Positions 30,877 to 40,359 of a stretch of DNA of 64,000 nt are shown here, in pieces. Source of the DNA: an uncultured Alphaproteobacteria bacterium (GTDB lineage Bacteria > Pseudomonadota > Alphaproteobacteria > Methylaequorales > Methylaequoraceae); NCBI GenBank assembly GCA_902569095.1, contig CACFSX010000003.1, positions 9,533 through 73,532 of the forward strand. Reading direction: 5' to 3'. Under the pieces are notes generated by a model, which saw nothing but the letters and a program-made list of their open reading frames with translations, did no database searches and was not told where the DNA came from. The translations under genes were made by a program, and so were the position numbers. Every line of letters starts with the position of its first letter. The first letter of the stretch is position 1.

Positions 30877-31661
30877 GAAATAGATGCTTGCTTATGCAGT
30901 TTTACAAAAATGCCTCTTAATTTTGATGCGTTATTAATCGACCTTTCAAAACAATATCTCATAACCATGTCTTTTTTTCTTAGATCAAATCCGTCTGGAT
31001 CAACTCCGATAAGCTGCCAATTTTTTTTTAGGCTTAGAGAAATCCCTTTGATAAACTTTTTAACATACAAATCGATTGATTCTTTATGATGGTCGTTCAT
31101 ATGTGATATGATGCTATTTTCAGATTCTTGAAAATTTTTGAAGTTATTACATATAAGGTCCTTTTTTGAAAACCACTTTACACTAGCAAATCCACCTATT
31201 AGATGGGCTCCTATTATATCTAATCTATAAAAATTCATGTCGGAAAAGTTGGCGTACAAATTAGATGTTGGATGTCTATTTAAAAATCTAGTTTTGTGAT
31301 TTAAATTTCTCGTTATTTTTAATTTTCCTATTAATGTTACTCTTGGTCTTGACATTGGATCTTCATAATTAAAAGGATTTTTTTTAAATTTAGGGAAATA
31401 GGGATACAGCTTTTGTTCTTCACAAAGCATCAGTGAAACCAAATTATCTTTAGAAATATTGGTGGTGTGTTCAGATAACTTTGAAAGTAGAACAATAGGA
31501 CTTAAGTCATAATCAAACGCCGTAAGGGTGAAAGTTGAATAAGGAAAGGTTTGCTTAACATTAATTTTTTTAGCTCCAAAGCTCATTGGATCGAAACTAG
31601 TTGATAAGTATCCTCTTGAAGAGGACCTAATTAATTGTCTTGTGGCGTAATTAATTTTCAT
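30870..31661 (-). CDS. pyridoxamine 5'-phosphate oxidase-like FMN-binding/DUF2470 (HugZ-like) protein
   Basis: ARQLIRSSSRGYLST...IVLLSKLSEHTTNI...RPRVTLIGK...HLIGGFASVKW matches the PNPOx-like split-barrel plus DUF2470 family pattern. Confidence 0.55.
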   Translation of the reverse strand: MKINYATRQLIRSSSRGYLSTSFDPMSFGAKKINVKQTFPYSTFTLTAFDYDLSPIVLLSKLSEHTTNISKDNLVSLMLCEEQKLYPYFPKFKKNPFNYEDPMSRPRVTLIGKLKITRNLNHKTRFLNRHPTSNLYANFSDMNFYRLDIIGAHLIGGFASVKWFSKKDLICNNFKNFQESENSIISHMNDHHKESIDLYVKKFIKGISLSLKKNWQLIGVDPDGFDLRKKDMVMRYCFERSINNASKLRGIFVKLHKQASISQ

Positions 31662-31709
31662 TCTTTTCTCTTAATATATTATGTATAATAACTTCAGGAT
31701 TTAATTTAA

Positions 31710-32165
31710 ATGAAAAATTTCAAATACATACAATTTATATTTCTTTTAATATTCTCAAATTCTGTAAATTCAAATCAAGATTCTATAGTCTTTCACGGAG
31801 CTTACACATTTGAGACTTTTAATGGTCAAAGAGCATGTGCTGTATATGTTTCTATTTTCAATAATACAAATAAGGATTTCTTAATAGAATCAATATCTAC
31901 TGAAGTGGCTTCAAAAGCTGAAATTCATGAAATTGAGACCGAAAACGAAATCATAAAAATGAAAAAGAAAGAAAATTTTTTAATAAAATCTAAACAGCAA
32001 GTTTTTTTTCAACCTGGCGGAACTCATTTAATGTTAATGGGTTTAAAAAAAAAACTTGATGATGGATCTTCTTTTAAAGTTGAGTTTTCACTAAATGACG
32101 GAAGTAAAAAGAAAGTTCCTGTTATGGTTTTAAATGAAAAATTGAAAGAGAACTTTATCGAGTAA
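31710..32165 (+). CDS. periplasmic copper chaperone PCu(A)C (DUF461)
   Basis: Signal peptide, the HGAY..ET..G motif, a conserved H..E pair and a C-terminal Met-rich MLMGLKK segment. Confidence 0.65.
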   Translation: MKNFKYIQFIFLLIFSNSVNSNQDSIVFHGAYTFETFNGQRACAVYVSIFNNTNKDFLIESISTEVASKAEIHEIETENEIIKMKKKENFLIKSKQQVFFQPGGTHLMLMGLKKKLDDGSSFKVEFSLNDGSKKKVPVMVLNEKLKENFIE

Positions 32166-32166
32166 A

Positions 32167-32592
32167 ATGAATTTAAAGAGAATTCATAGCACGTCTGTGG
32201 TAATAGATGATAACGGAGTGTTGATTTTGGGTGATTCAGGTTCTGGAAAATCAGATTTAGCATTGAGATTGATTGACAATGGTGCAACTTTAATTTCAGA
32301 TGATATTTCGATTTGTAGAAAAAATTCAAATAATATTTATCTTTACTGTCCTCCAGAAATTAAGGGTTTGCTTGAAGTAAGAGAGATTGGAATAATTACA
32401 GTTCCTTTCGTCGAGAGAATAAAATTGCGATTAGTTGTTAATTTGAAAAGCAATAATAATGAAAGGTTTCCAAAGGATAGTTCTTTTAGAATACTGGGAA
32501 TTAAGATTCCTATCATCAATATTGAAGGAAAAAATTCATCGGCAGTTGCAAAGATTAAAGTAAAATTAAATGAGATTAGAGAAACAATATAA
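32167..32592 (+). CDS. hprK: HPr kinase/phosphorylase, short single-domain form
   Basis: Walker A loop GDSGSGKSDLAL and downstream LLEVREIGII. It contains only the C-terminal kinase domain, as in alphaproteobacteria. Confidence 0.75.
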   Translation: MNLKRIHSTSVVIDDNGVLILGDSGSGKSDLALRLIDNGATLISDDISICRKNSNNIYLYCPPEIKGLLEVREIGIITVPFVERIKLRLVVNLKSNNNERFPKDSSFRILGIKIPIINIEGKNSSAVAKIKVKLNEIRETI

Positions 32593-33427
32593 GGTTTTCA
32601 TAGTTACTGGATTGTCAGGTGCTGGAAGGTCATCAGCATTAAAAATTTTTGAAGATATGGGTTTTGAGGCAATCGATAATTTACCGACCTACCTTTTGAG
32701 TAATATAATAAACACGAAGATAAAAAGAAATCTTGCCGTCGGAATTGATGTTAGAACAAGAGACTTTGATCCAAAAAAAGTAGCTAAAGAGATTTCCCAA
32801 AAAAAAAAGAATTTAACTCTTTCAGTCATTTTTTTTGATTGCGACAACACAACTTTATTGAATAGGTTTAAAGAAAGTAGAAGAGTGCACCCTTTAAAAC
32901 TAGACTTACCAATTGTAGAAAAAATTGAAGCAGAGAGGAATTGGCTTAAACCGTTATTGAATATAAATGACTACTACATTGATACATCAAAATTTACTTT
33001 AAATCGTCTTAAAAATGAGATGCAAATTTTGTTTAAAAAACACTCCGACTCAAAAATTAATTTGAGAATTATTTCTTTTGGATATAAATTTGGATTACCA
33101 AGAGAAGCAGATATTGTTTTCGATATGAGGTTTTTAAGGAACCCATTTTATGAAAAAAACCTTAAAAAATTTGATGGTAAAAACTTTAAAGTTATAAATT
33201 TTGTTAAAAAACAGAAGTATTTTGATTTTTTTTTTGATACTCTTTTGCTACTGTTTAATAATATTCTTGAGGGATATAAAAAAGAGGGAAAGGAACATAT
33301 CACCATAGCATTTGGTTGTACAGGCGGAGTCCATAGATCTGTTGTATCCAGTGAACATTTCCTTAGTTTAATTAATAATAATAAAAAATTGAGAATTTTT
33401 ATAGAACATAGAGATATAGCAAAATGA
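32570..33427 (+). CDS. rapZ: RNase adapter/nucleotide-binding protein RapZ (YhbJ)
   Basis: N-terminal P-loop VTGLSGAGRSSA and the conserved C-terminal GCTGGxHRS motif. Confidence 0.85.
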   Translation: MRLEKQYKVFIVTGLSGAGRSSALKIFEDMGFEAIDNLPTYLLSNIINTKIKRNLAVGIDVRTRDFDPKKVAKEISQKKKNLTLSVIFFDCDNTTLLNRFKESRRVHPLKLDLPIVEKIEAERNWLKPLLNINDYYIDTSKFTLNRLKNEMQILFKKHSDSKINLRIISFGYKFGLPREADIVFDMRFLRNPFYEKNLKKFDGKNFKVINFVKKQKYFDFFFDTLLLLFNNILEGYKKEGKEHITIAFGCTGGVHRSVVSSEHFLSLINNNKKLRIFIEHRDIAK

Positions 33428-33846
33428 TTGGTGTAGTTTTAGTAAGTCATGAAAATATTGCAAAAGAGATGCTCAGTGTCATTCAACACATTGTTGGTCC
33501 TCAAGAAAACCTGATAGCAATATCTATTTTTCCTGAAGATGATATGGAGAAAAAAAGATTACAAATTCTTGACTCAGTAAAAAAAGTTGATGCAGGCAAA
33601 GGTGTAATTGTTTTAACAGATATGTTTGGTGGAACTCCGTCAAATCTTGCAATTTCCGTTATGGATAACGAAAAAATTGAAGTTGTAGCTGGTGTAAATT
33701 TACCAATGTTGATTAAAATGATGTCCATAAGGGATAAAAAGTCAATTAAAGAGATAATCGCGATTTCACAGGAGTCAGGCCGAAAATATATAAACGTCGC
33801 TTCAGCATTTTTTGAGGAAAGAAAAGATTGGAACAAAAAAAAGTAG
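33424..33846 (+). CDS. PTS EIIA component, mannose/fructose/sorbose family
   Basis: N-terminus MIGVVLVSHENIAKEM carries the EIIA-Man phospho-His; 140 aa. Confidence 0.8.
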   Translation: MIGVVLVSHENIAKEMLSVIQHIVGPQENLIAISIFPEDDMEKKRLQILDSVKKVDAGKGVIVLTDMFGGTPSNLAISVMDNEKIEVVAGVNLPMLIKMMSIRDKKSIKEIIAISQESGRKYINVASAFFEERKDWNKKK

Positions 33847-35897
33847 AAAGAAAAATATTAATAACTAATAAGCTAGGAATTCATGCGAGAGCTGCAGCAA
33901 AATTTGTGGAATTAACTTCCAAATGTGACTCAAAGTTTATTGTTAAAAAAGGTTCAAAGGTTGTAAACGGTTCCTCTCTTCTGGGTTTAATGACTTTGGC
34001 TGCCTCTAAAGGAACGGAAATAAAAGTTCAATGTATTGGAAATAATTCAGAAAAGGATTTAAATAAACTAATTAGTTTAATAAAAAATAATTTTGGAGAA
34101 GAAAAACCTTTATCAGAGAATACAGATAAAGAGTTGGTTTTAAAAGGAATTGGGGTTTCAAGTGGATATGCGATAGGAAACTGTTTAGTAAAACAAAAAA
34201 CAAATCTTTCTAATGTAAGATATAACATTTCCATATCATCAGTACAAAAAGAAATAATACGATTGGAAAAAGCAGTTAAAGTCTCTATTTTAGACATCAA
34301 AAAGATTATCAAGAAAATAAGTCACCATAAAAATGATATCTATAAAGAGATGAAATTTATGTTAGAGGCTAATATTTCAATTATTAGGTCATCATCACTT
34401 ATGAAGGACGCAAAACAAAGAATAAGAGAGGATCTAATAAATGCAGAATATGCAGTTGATGAAGTTCTTAATAAGCATTCAAAAATTTTTAAACGCATAA
34501 AGGACGACTACCTAAAAGACAGATTTGATGATGTGAGAGATGTTTGTACAAGAATAATTGAAAACCTTCAAAAAAAAAAAGTCCAGACCAGTATTAAAAA
34601 TAATCAGATATTATTTTCGTCTGAGTTGAGTCCATCTGATCTATTGGCTAATGCAAAAATTAAATTTTTGGGCCTAGCAAGTATGTTTGGAGGCCCTGAG
34701 GGTCATTTTGCAATAGTAGCTCGGTCTTTGTCTATTCCAACTGTAGTTGGTGTAAAAAACGCTATTAAATATCTCAAAAACGGCGAAAAAATTGTAATAG
34801 ACGGTGATAGAGGATTATTGATCAAGAATCCTTCAAAAAAGACGATATTAATATATAAAAAAAAAATTGAAGAAAAAAAATATGAGGATCAAAAGTTAAA
34901 TTCATTTATTAAGACCATTCCAGTTACTAACGATAAAAAAAGAGTAAGAATTGAGGCTAATGTTGATGATTCTGATGAAGTTAAAATATCAATGAAAAAA
35001 GGAATAGATGGTATTGGTTTATACAGGACTGAGTATCTTTTTATGAACAAAAAAACTATACCTTCTGAACAAGATCAATTTAATTCAATTAAAAAAACTG
35101 TTATGCATTTGAAAGGTAAGCCACTAACAATTAGAACATTAGACGTTGGTAATGATAAAAAAGTACCATCTATAGAAAAATATTTAACAAAATCACCTAA
35201 TCCTGCTTTGGGGTTAAGAGCTATAAGGCTGACGCTAGCTTTTCCAAAAATTTTTAAAAGACAAATTACGGCTATCCTAAGGGCAAGCTCGTACGGCAAT
35301 ATAAGAATAATGTTACCAATGGTTTCAAATGTATCAGAGTTAATTGAGACAAAAAAAATAATAACAGAAGTAAAAAAGGATTTATTAAAAAAAAATAAAA
35401 GGTTAAAGATTACTACTCCAAAGATTGGAGTATTAATTGAAACACCGGCTGCGGCATTGATTTCTGAGGAGTTAGCTAAAAATTGTGATTTTTTTGCGAT
35501 TGGTACGAATGATTTAACAATGTACACTTTAGCCATAGATAGAGGTGATGAGGAAGTTGCTAAAATATATGATCCTGGACACCTGTCTGTTTTAAAACTA
35601 ATCCACATGACTGCTAGGTCAGCATACAGAAATAAAATTCCTGTAAGTATTTGCGGAGAGATGGCCGGAGATACATTATTTACTTCAATTCTTATTGGAA
35701 TGGGTATAAGAACACTGTCAATGAGTACATCCCGAATATTGAAAGTAAAGCAATATTTAAGTCAAGTAAATTCAAATGAAGTAAAAAAAATTTCAGATGA
35801 TATTTTTAAACAGGATGATAATGTGGTGGTAAAAAATATTTTGTACAACTACAACCAAGAAATTAATAAAAGGATAAGAGAAAAAAAATATGGATGA
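33828..35897 (+). CDS. fused phosphocarrier HPr (NPr-like) and phosphoenolpyruvate-protein phosphotransferase (Enzyme I)
   Basis: N-terminal 90 aa form an HPr fold ([12 protein letters not shown] with His, NGSSLLGLM with Ser). The ORF continues in frame into EI ([11 protein letters not shown]..., [15 protein letters not shown]-terminal PEP-binding domain). The start is TTG. Confidence 0.8.
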   Translation: MEQKKVERKILITNKLGIHARAAAKFVELTSKCDSKFIVKKGSKVVNGSSLLGLMTLAASKGTEIKVQCIGNNSEKDLNKLISLIKNNFGEEKPLSENTDKELVLKGIGVSSGYAIGNCLVKQKTNLSNVRYNISISSVQKEIIRLEKAVKVSILDIKKIIKKISHHKNDIYKEMKFMLEANISIIRSSSLMKDAKQRIREDLINAEYAVDEVLNKHSKIFKRIKDDYLKDRFDDVRDVCTRIIENLQKKKVQTSIKNNQILFSSELSPSDLLANAKIKFLGLASMFGGPEGHFAIVARSLSIPTVVGVKNAIKYLKNGEKIVIDGDRGLLIKNPSKKTILIYKKKIEEKKYEDQKLNSFIKTIPVTNDKKRVRIEANVDDSDEVKISMKKGIDGIGLYRTEYLFMNKKTIPSEQDQFNSIKKTVMHLKGKPLTIRTLDVGNDKKVPSIEKYLTKSPNPALGLRAIRLTLAFPKIFKRQITAILRASSYGNIRIMLPMVSNVSELIETKKIITEVKKDLLKKNKRLKITTPKIGVLIETPAAALISEELAKNCDFFAIGTNDLTMYTLAIDRGDEEVAKIYDPGHLSVLKLIHMTARSAYRNKIPVSICGEMAGDTLFTSILIGMGIRTLSMSTSRILKVKQYLSQVNSNEVKKISDDIFKQDDNVVVKNILYNYNQEINKRIREKKYG

Positions 35898-37176
35898 TTT
35901 TAAAATTAAAGACATAAATTTAGCTGATTGGGGAAGAAAAGAGATTAAAATTGCTGAAACGGAAATGCCTGGGCTTATGCAGTTAAGATCAGAATTTAAA
36001 GATGAAAAACCTCTTGCTGGTGCTAGAATTGTTGGATGCTTACATATGACGATACAAACCGCAGTTTTGATTGAGACGCTTATAGACTTAGGAGCTTCTG
36101 TTAGGTGGAGCTCTTGCAATATTTATTCTACTCAAGATCAAGCAGCTGCAGCTGTTGCCAAAAGCAAAATTCCTGTTTTTGCTTGGAAAGGTGAAACTGA
36201 AGAAGAATTTTGGTGGTGTATAGAAAAAACAATTACAGGGCCTAATGACTGGAAACCCAATCTTATACTAGATGATGGAGGAGATCTTACAAAAATTATG
36301 CATGAGAAATATCCTCATCTTCTCGATGGAGTTAAAGGTTTGTCAGAAGAAACAACAACAGGTGTTTTGAGGCTTTTAGAAATGGAAAAAAACAATCAAC
36401 TTTTAGTACCTGCTATAAATGTTAATGATTCAGTCACAAAATCTAAGTTTGATAATAAATACGGTTGTAGAGAAAGCTTAGTTGATGGAATAAGAAGGGC
36501 AACCGATGTTATGATGGCTGGAAAAGTCGCACTTGTTGCAGGATATGGTGATGTTGGCAAAGGTTCTGCAGAAAGTCTAAGAAATGCAGGATGTCGGGTA
36601 GTTGTAACTGAGATAGACCCTATTTGTGCTCTCCAAGCTGCTATGGATGGGTTTGAAGTTAACACTATGGATGATGTTGCGGATAAAGCAGATATTTTTG
36701 TGACAGCCACCGGAAATGTTGATGTAATAACTATAGATCATATGAGAAAAATGAAAGACAGAAGTATTGTATGTAACATTGGACACTTCGATTCCGAAAT
36801 TCAGATTGAAGCTCTTAAAAATTATAAGTGGGATAACATAAAACCACAAGTTGACGAAATTGAATTTCCTGATGGAAAGAAAATAATTGTTCTTGCAGAG
36901 GGTCGTTTAGTAAATTTAGGATGTGCAACCGGTCATCCAAGCTTTGTTATGTCAGCTTCTTTTTCAAATCAGGTTTTGGCTCAAATAGAGTTATGGAAAA
37001 ATTATAGTAAATATAAAAATAAAGTTTATGTTCTTCCAAAAAAACTAGATGAAAAAGTAGCTAGGATACATCTTGATAAAATTGGAGCTAAGTTAACCAA
37101 ATTGTCAAAAAACCAAGGAGATTACATAAATGTTCCTGTAGGTGGACCATATAAAAGTGAAGAATATAGATATTAA
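35890..37176 (+). CDS. ahcY: adenosylhomocysteinase
   Basis: 428-aa ORF with an NAD-binding GYGDVGKG motif and conserved SAHH blocks. Confidence 0.95.
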   Translation: MDDFKIKDINLADWGRKEIKIAETEMPGLMQLRSEFKDEKPLAGARIVGCLHMTIQTAVLIETLIDLGASVRWSSCNIYSTQDQAAAAVAKSKIPVFAWKGETEEEFWWCIEKTITGPNDWKPNLILDDGGDLTKIMHEKYPHLLDGVKGLSEETTTGVLRLLEMEKNNQLLVPAINVNDSVTKSKFDNKYGCRESLVDGIRRATDVMMAGKVALVAGYGDVGKGSAESLRNAGCRVVVTEIDPICALQAAMDGFEVNTMDDVADKADIFVTATGNVDVITIDHMRKMKDRSIVCNIGHFDSEIQIEALKNYKWDNIKPQVDEIEFPDGKKIIVLAEGRLVNLGCATGHPSFVMSASFSNQVLAQIELWKNYSKYKNKVYVLPKKLDEKVARIHLDKIGAKLTKLSKNQGDYINVPVGGPYKSEEYRY

Positions 37177-37181
37177 CAAAA

Positions 37182-38192
37182 CTATAGTTTTTTAATACCC
37201 GATGTAGTTGAGTATTCAAAATGAAGAACTTTATCTGGAAAAATTTTTTTGTGACAACTATGAGCAGCCATTGCAGCTTCGGAAAAGCCAGTCAAAATTA
37301 GTTTAAGCTTGCCGGGATAATCACATATGTCTCCAATCGCAAATATACCTTTAGCGGATGTTTGAAGACTTGATTGGTCAACGCTCAATAGATTTTTTTC
37401 AATTTCCAATTCCCAATCTTTAATAGGACCCAATTCAGAGGAAAGGCCAAAAAAAGGAAGAAAATAATCTACCTTAAGGTCTATTTTTTCTTCATCAAGG
37501 TTGCTAACAGTCAATGTGTTGATTTCTCCTTTAGAACCTTGAAGAGAGTGAACTTGAAAAGGTATTATTGTTTTAATTTTTTCTTCCTTTTCAAGTGAAA
37601 AAAGTTTTTCAACACTGTGGGGTGCAGCCCTTAATTTTCTTCTTCTATGAATAAAAAATACTTTCTCTGCAACTGAAGACAGTTCAATCGCCCAATCTAC
37701 GGCTGAGTCACCGCCACCAGCAATTGCTATTTTTTTATTTTTAAAAATAGATTTATTAGTTATATGATAAAAAATTGATTTATTTTCATATTCTTCAATG
37801 TCTTTCAGAGGTGGTTTATTGGGTCCAAAAGCTCCGTTGCCGGCTGCTATTAAAATACATTTACATCTGATTGATTTGTTATTTGAGGTAAAAACTAGAA
37901 ATTCATCGTTTTCTTTAGTAATTTTTTCAACTCTTTCTCCCAGTATAAATTTTGGTGAAAATGGTTTGATCTGACTGAAAAGGTTATCAATAAGTTTTTG
38001 ACCAGATATTTCAGGGTATGCAGGAATATCATATATAGGTTTTTCCGGGTACAAAGATGAGCATTGTCCACCAATAATATCAAGTGAATCGACAACACAT
38101 GATTTCATCCCAAGTTGTCCAAGCTCAAAAACTGAAAACAGCCCTACAGGACCAGCTCCGATAACTAATACATCTGTTAAAGTTTTATTCAT
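37182..38192 (-). CDS. ferredoxin-NADP+ reductase, thioredoxin-reductase-like type
   Basis: FAD motif DVLVIGAGPVG and NAD(P) motif GGGDSA; no CxxC redox pair. Confidence 0.75.
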   Translation of the reverse strand: MNKTLTDVLVIGAGPVGLFSVFELGQLGMKSCVVDSLDIIGGQCSSLYPEKPIYDIPAYPEISGQKLIDNLFSQIKPFSPKFILGERVEKITKENDEFLVFTSNNKSIRCKCILIAAGNGAFGPNKPPLKDIEEYENKSIFYHITNKSIFKNKKIAIAGGGDSAVDWAIELSSVAEKVFFIHRRRKLRAAPHSVEKLFSLEKEEKIKTIIPFQVHSLQGSKGEINTLTVSNLDEEKIDLKVDYFLPFFGLSSELGPIKDWELEIEKNLLSVDQSSLQTSAKGIFAIGDICDYPGKLKLILTGFSEAAMAAHSCHKKIFPDKVLHFEYSTTSGIKKL

Positions 38193-38252
38193 AACTGTTT
38201 TTTTTGTTTTATAAACATTAATTACTTATTTATATTAGAATAATTAATAAAA

Positions 38253-38714
38253 ATGAAAGATGAATTTAAAATTAATTTGGTTAACCTTAGTGAAACTCAA
38301 AAATTAGCACAAAAAATTGCCAAAAGAATTGAACCTAAAAGTTTTATATCTTTAAGAGGAAAACTGGGAGTCGGAAAAACTACTTTGGCTAGTTTAATAA
38401 TTAACAATCTATCCAAAAAAAAAATAAGAGTCTTAAGCCCTACCTTTTCACTTGTTAATATTTATGATTTAAAAAACATAAAAGTTTGGCACTATGATCT
38501 ATTTAGGCTTAGCAATAAAAAAGAAATTTTTGAATTGGATTTTGAATTGGCACTTTTAGACTGCGTAATAGTTGAATGGCCCGAAATTATAACTGAGTAT
38601 TTACCTCATAAAAGAATTGAAATACATCTTGATGAAGACGAATCTTTATTAAGATATGCAACTGTTAGGAGTATAAATAAAAATAAAATTTGTGAACTTG
38701 ACCCCTTAAAATGA
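38253..38714 (+). CDS. tsaE: tRNA threonylcarbamoyladenosine biosynthesis ATPase TsaE
   Basis: P-loop LRGKLGVGKTTL followed by HxDxYR. Confidence 0.8.
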   Translation: MKDEFKINLVNLSETQKLAQKIAKRIEPKSFISLRGKLGVGKTTLASLIINNLSKKKIRVLSPTFSLVNIYDLKNIKVWHYDLFRLSNKKEIFELDFELALLDCVIVEWPEIITEYLPHKRIEIHLDEDESLLRYATVRSINKNKICELDPLK

Positions 38715-39655
38715 TAGATGAAATAACCAAAAAATTAGATCATAAAAAAATAAAATTCGATAACTTACAATTCTTAGCTGGCGATGCTTCAGATAGAAAA
38801 TATTTTTTGATTAAACAACAAAATAATACAAATGTGTTAATGGTGGATAAAAATTCGGAGAATTTAGAAAGATTTTTAAAAATTTCTTATCTTTTAAAAG
38901 AACATGTAACTATTCCGGAGATTATTAAAGATCTGAAAGAAGATGATATTTTAATTATAGAAAATTTTAATAAAAATAAATTTAGTGAAGTATTAAAAAC
39001 ATCTAACAAAATAAAATTGTACAAAGTTGCTTTGGACGCACTCCTCTACATTCATAAAAAAAAAATTGATAAAAAACTTGTTCACTACAGCAAAAAAATC
39101 TTTTTTGATGAATCAAATTTATTTTTCGATTGGTATTTAGATATGTCAAAAAAAAGAGTTGAATTATTAAAAAATGAATTTAATTCAATTTTTTCAGGCT
39201 TTCTAGATAAAGTGTATTTATTGCCGAAAGTCTTTATTCATAGAGATTATCATGTTGATAACTTATTTTATCTTAAAGAAAAAGACAAGCATTTCAAATG
39301 TGGTTGGATTGATTATCAGGATGCCTTAGTAGGTCCATGTGTATATGATGTTGTTTCACTTGCACAGGATGCTAGAATAGACGTGGAAAAGAGAACAGAG
39401 AATTTTTTGATTAAATATTATTTAGACAATTGTGTATCTGTTGATAAAGATTTATTTTTATTTTCGTACAATGTTGTAGCAATCCAAAGACATCTTAAGG
39501 TTTTGGGAATTTTTAAGAGACTTGAAATACGAGATAATAAGAAAAATTATATCAAACATATTCCAAGAGTTTTACGTTTGCTTGAATTTAATTTAAAAAA
39601 AAACAAATTTAGCCCTTTATATAAGATTTTAGAAAAACCATTGGGTTTGTTATGA
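38711..39655 (+). CDS. aminoglycoside-phosphotransferase-fold kinase (anhydro-N-acetylmuramate/MurNAc kinase AmgK-like)
   Basis: Brenner motif HRDYHVDN and DYQDA. It is positioned between tsaE and a nucleotidyltransferase, as in the alphaproteobacterial amgK-murU locus. Confidence 0.6.
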   Translation: MIDEITKKLDHKKIKFDNLQFLAGDASDRKYFLIKQQNNTNVLMVDKNSENLERFLKISYLLKEHVTIPEIIKDLKEDDILIIENFNKNKFSEVLKTSNKIKLYKVALDALLYIHKKKIDKKLVHYSKKIFFDESNLFFDWYLDMSKKRVELLKNEFNSIFSGFLDKVYLLPKVFIHRDYHVDNLFYLKEKDKHFKCGWIDYQDALVGPCVYDVVSLAQDARIDVEKRTENFLIKYYLDNCVSVDKDLFLFSYNVVAIQRHLKVLGIFKRLEIRDNKKNYIKHIPRVLRLLEFNLKKNKFSPLYKILEKPLGLL

Positions 39656-40359
39656 TTTCGCAGGCAATGATATTTTCAGCTGGATTGGGGAAGAGGATGT
39701 TACCACTAACAGAGACCACACCCAAGCCACTTGTAAAAATTAATAATAAAAGTCTTCTAAAAAATATAATTGAAAAATTAATTGAATCCAAATTCAGGAA
39801 TATTGTTGTGAATGCTTACCGTCATCCAGAAAAAATAATAAACGAAACAAGAGATTTTGATTCAGTTAAAGTAATTGTCGAACCTGATAGACTCGAGACA
39901 GGAGGGGGCTTGTTAAATGCAATTAATGAAAATTATTTTTTAAAGAATACGCCTATCGTCCTCATAAATGGAGATATTTTTTGGTATGATAAAAATTATA
40001 GATCAATTGATAAAATTATTAGTTTATGGAACCCATATAAAATGGATATGCTATTGTGTTTAAAAAAAAAAGAAGATTTTTTTGGTTACAACGGTAATGG
40101 TGATTTTGATCTTGAAAGGCATAATTCCTCATCCTGTAAGTTAGAAAAAAATCAAAATCCTATGTATGCGTATACTGGACTTCAAATAATCAAACAGGAT
40201 GTCGTTAAGAATATAAAAAAAAATTACTTTTCCTTAAGGGAACAGATCTTAAAATCTTTAGATAAAGGTAGACTATTTGGCTATGTAGATAAAAATCAAT
40301 GGTTTCATATTGGAACTGTGAAAGATCTTAAAAAATTCAAGGAAAGTTATTGTGAATAA
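39652..40359 (+). CDS. sugar-1-phosphate nucleotidyltransferase (MurNAc-1-P uridylyltransferase MurU-like)
   Basis: N-terminal AMIFSAGLGKRMLPLTETTPKPL nucleotidyltransferase motif. Confidence 0.6.
   Translation: MISQAMIFSAGLGKRMLPLTETTPKPLVKINNKSLLKNIIEKLIESKFRNIVVNAYRHPEKIINETRDFDSVKVIVEPDRLETGGGLLNAINENYFLKNTPIVLINGDIFWYDKNYRSIDKIISLWNPYKMDMLLCLKKKEDFFGYNGNGDFDLERHNSSSCKLEKNQNPMYAYTGLQIIKQDVVKNIKKNYFSLREQILKSLDKGRLFGYVDKNQWFHIGTVKDLKKFKESYCE

Noticed and set aside
33828-33846. Possibility that the HPr~EI fusion is an artefact of a wrong start, i.e. a separate hpr gene
   Set aside because: The reading frame is continuous from the HPr His/Ser motifs through the linker into the EI N-terminal domain with no in-frame stop. 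Fusion is therefore what the sequence shows, pending read-level verification.
36396-36849. Two minus-strand ORFs of 104 and 90 aa inside ahcY
   Set aside because: They are antisense to a highly conserved adenosylhomocysteinase gene and have no motifs.
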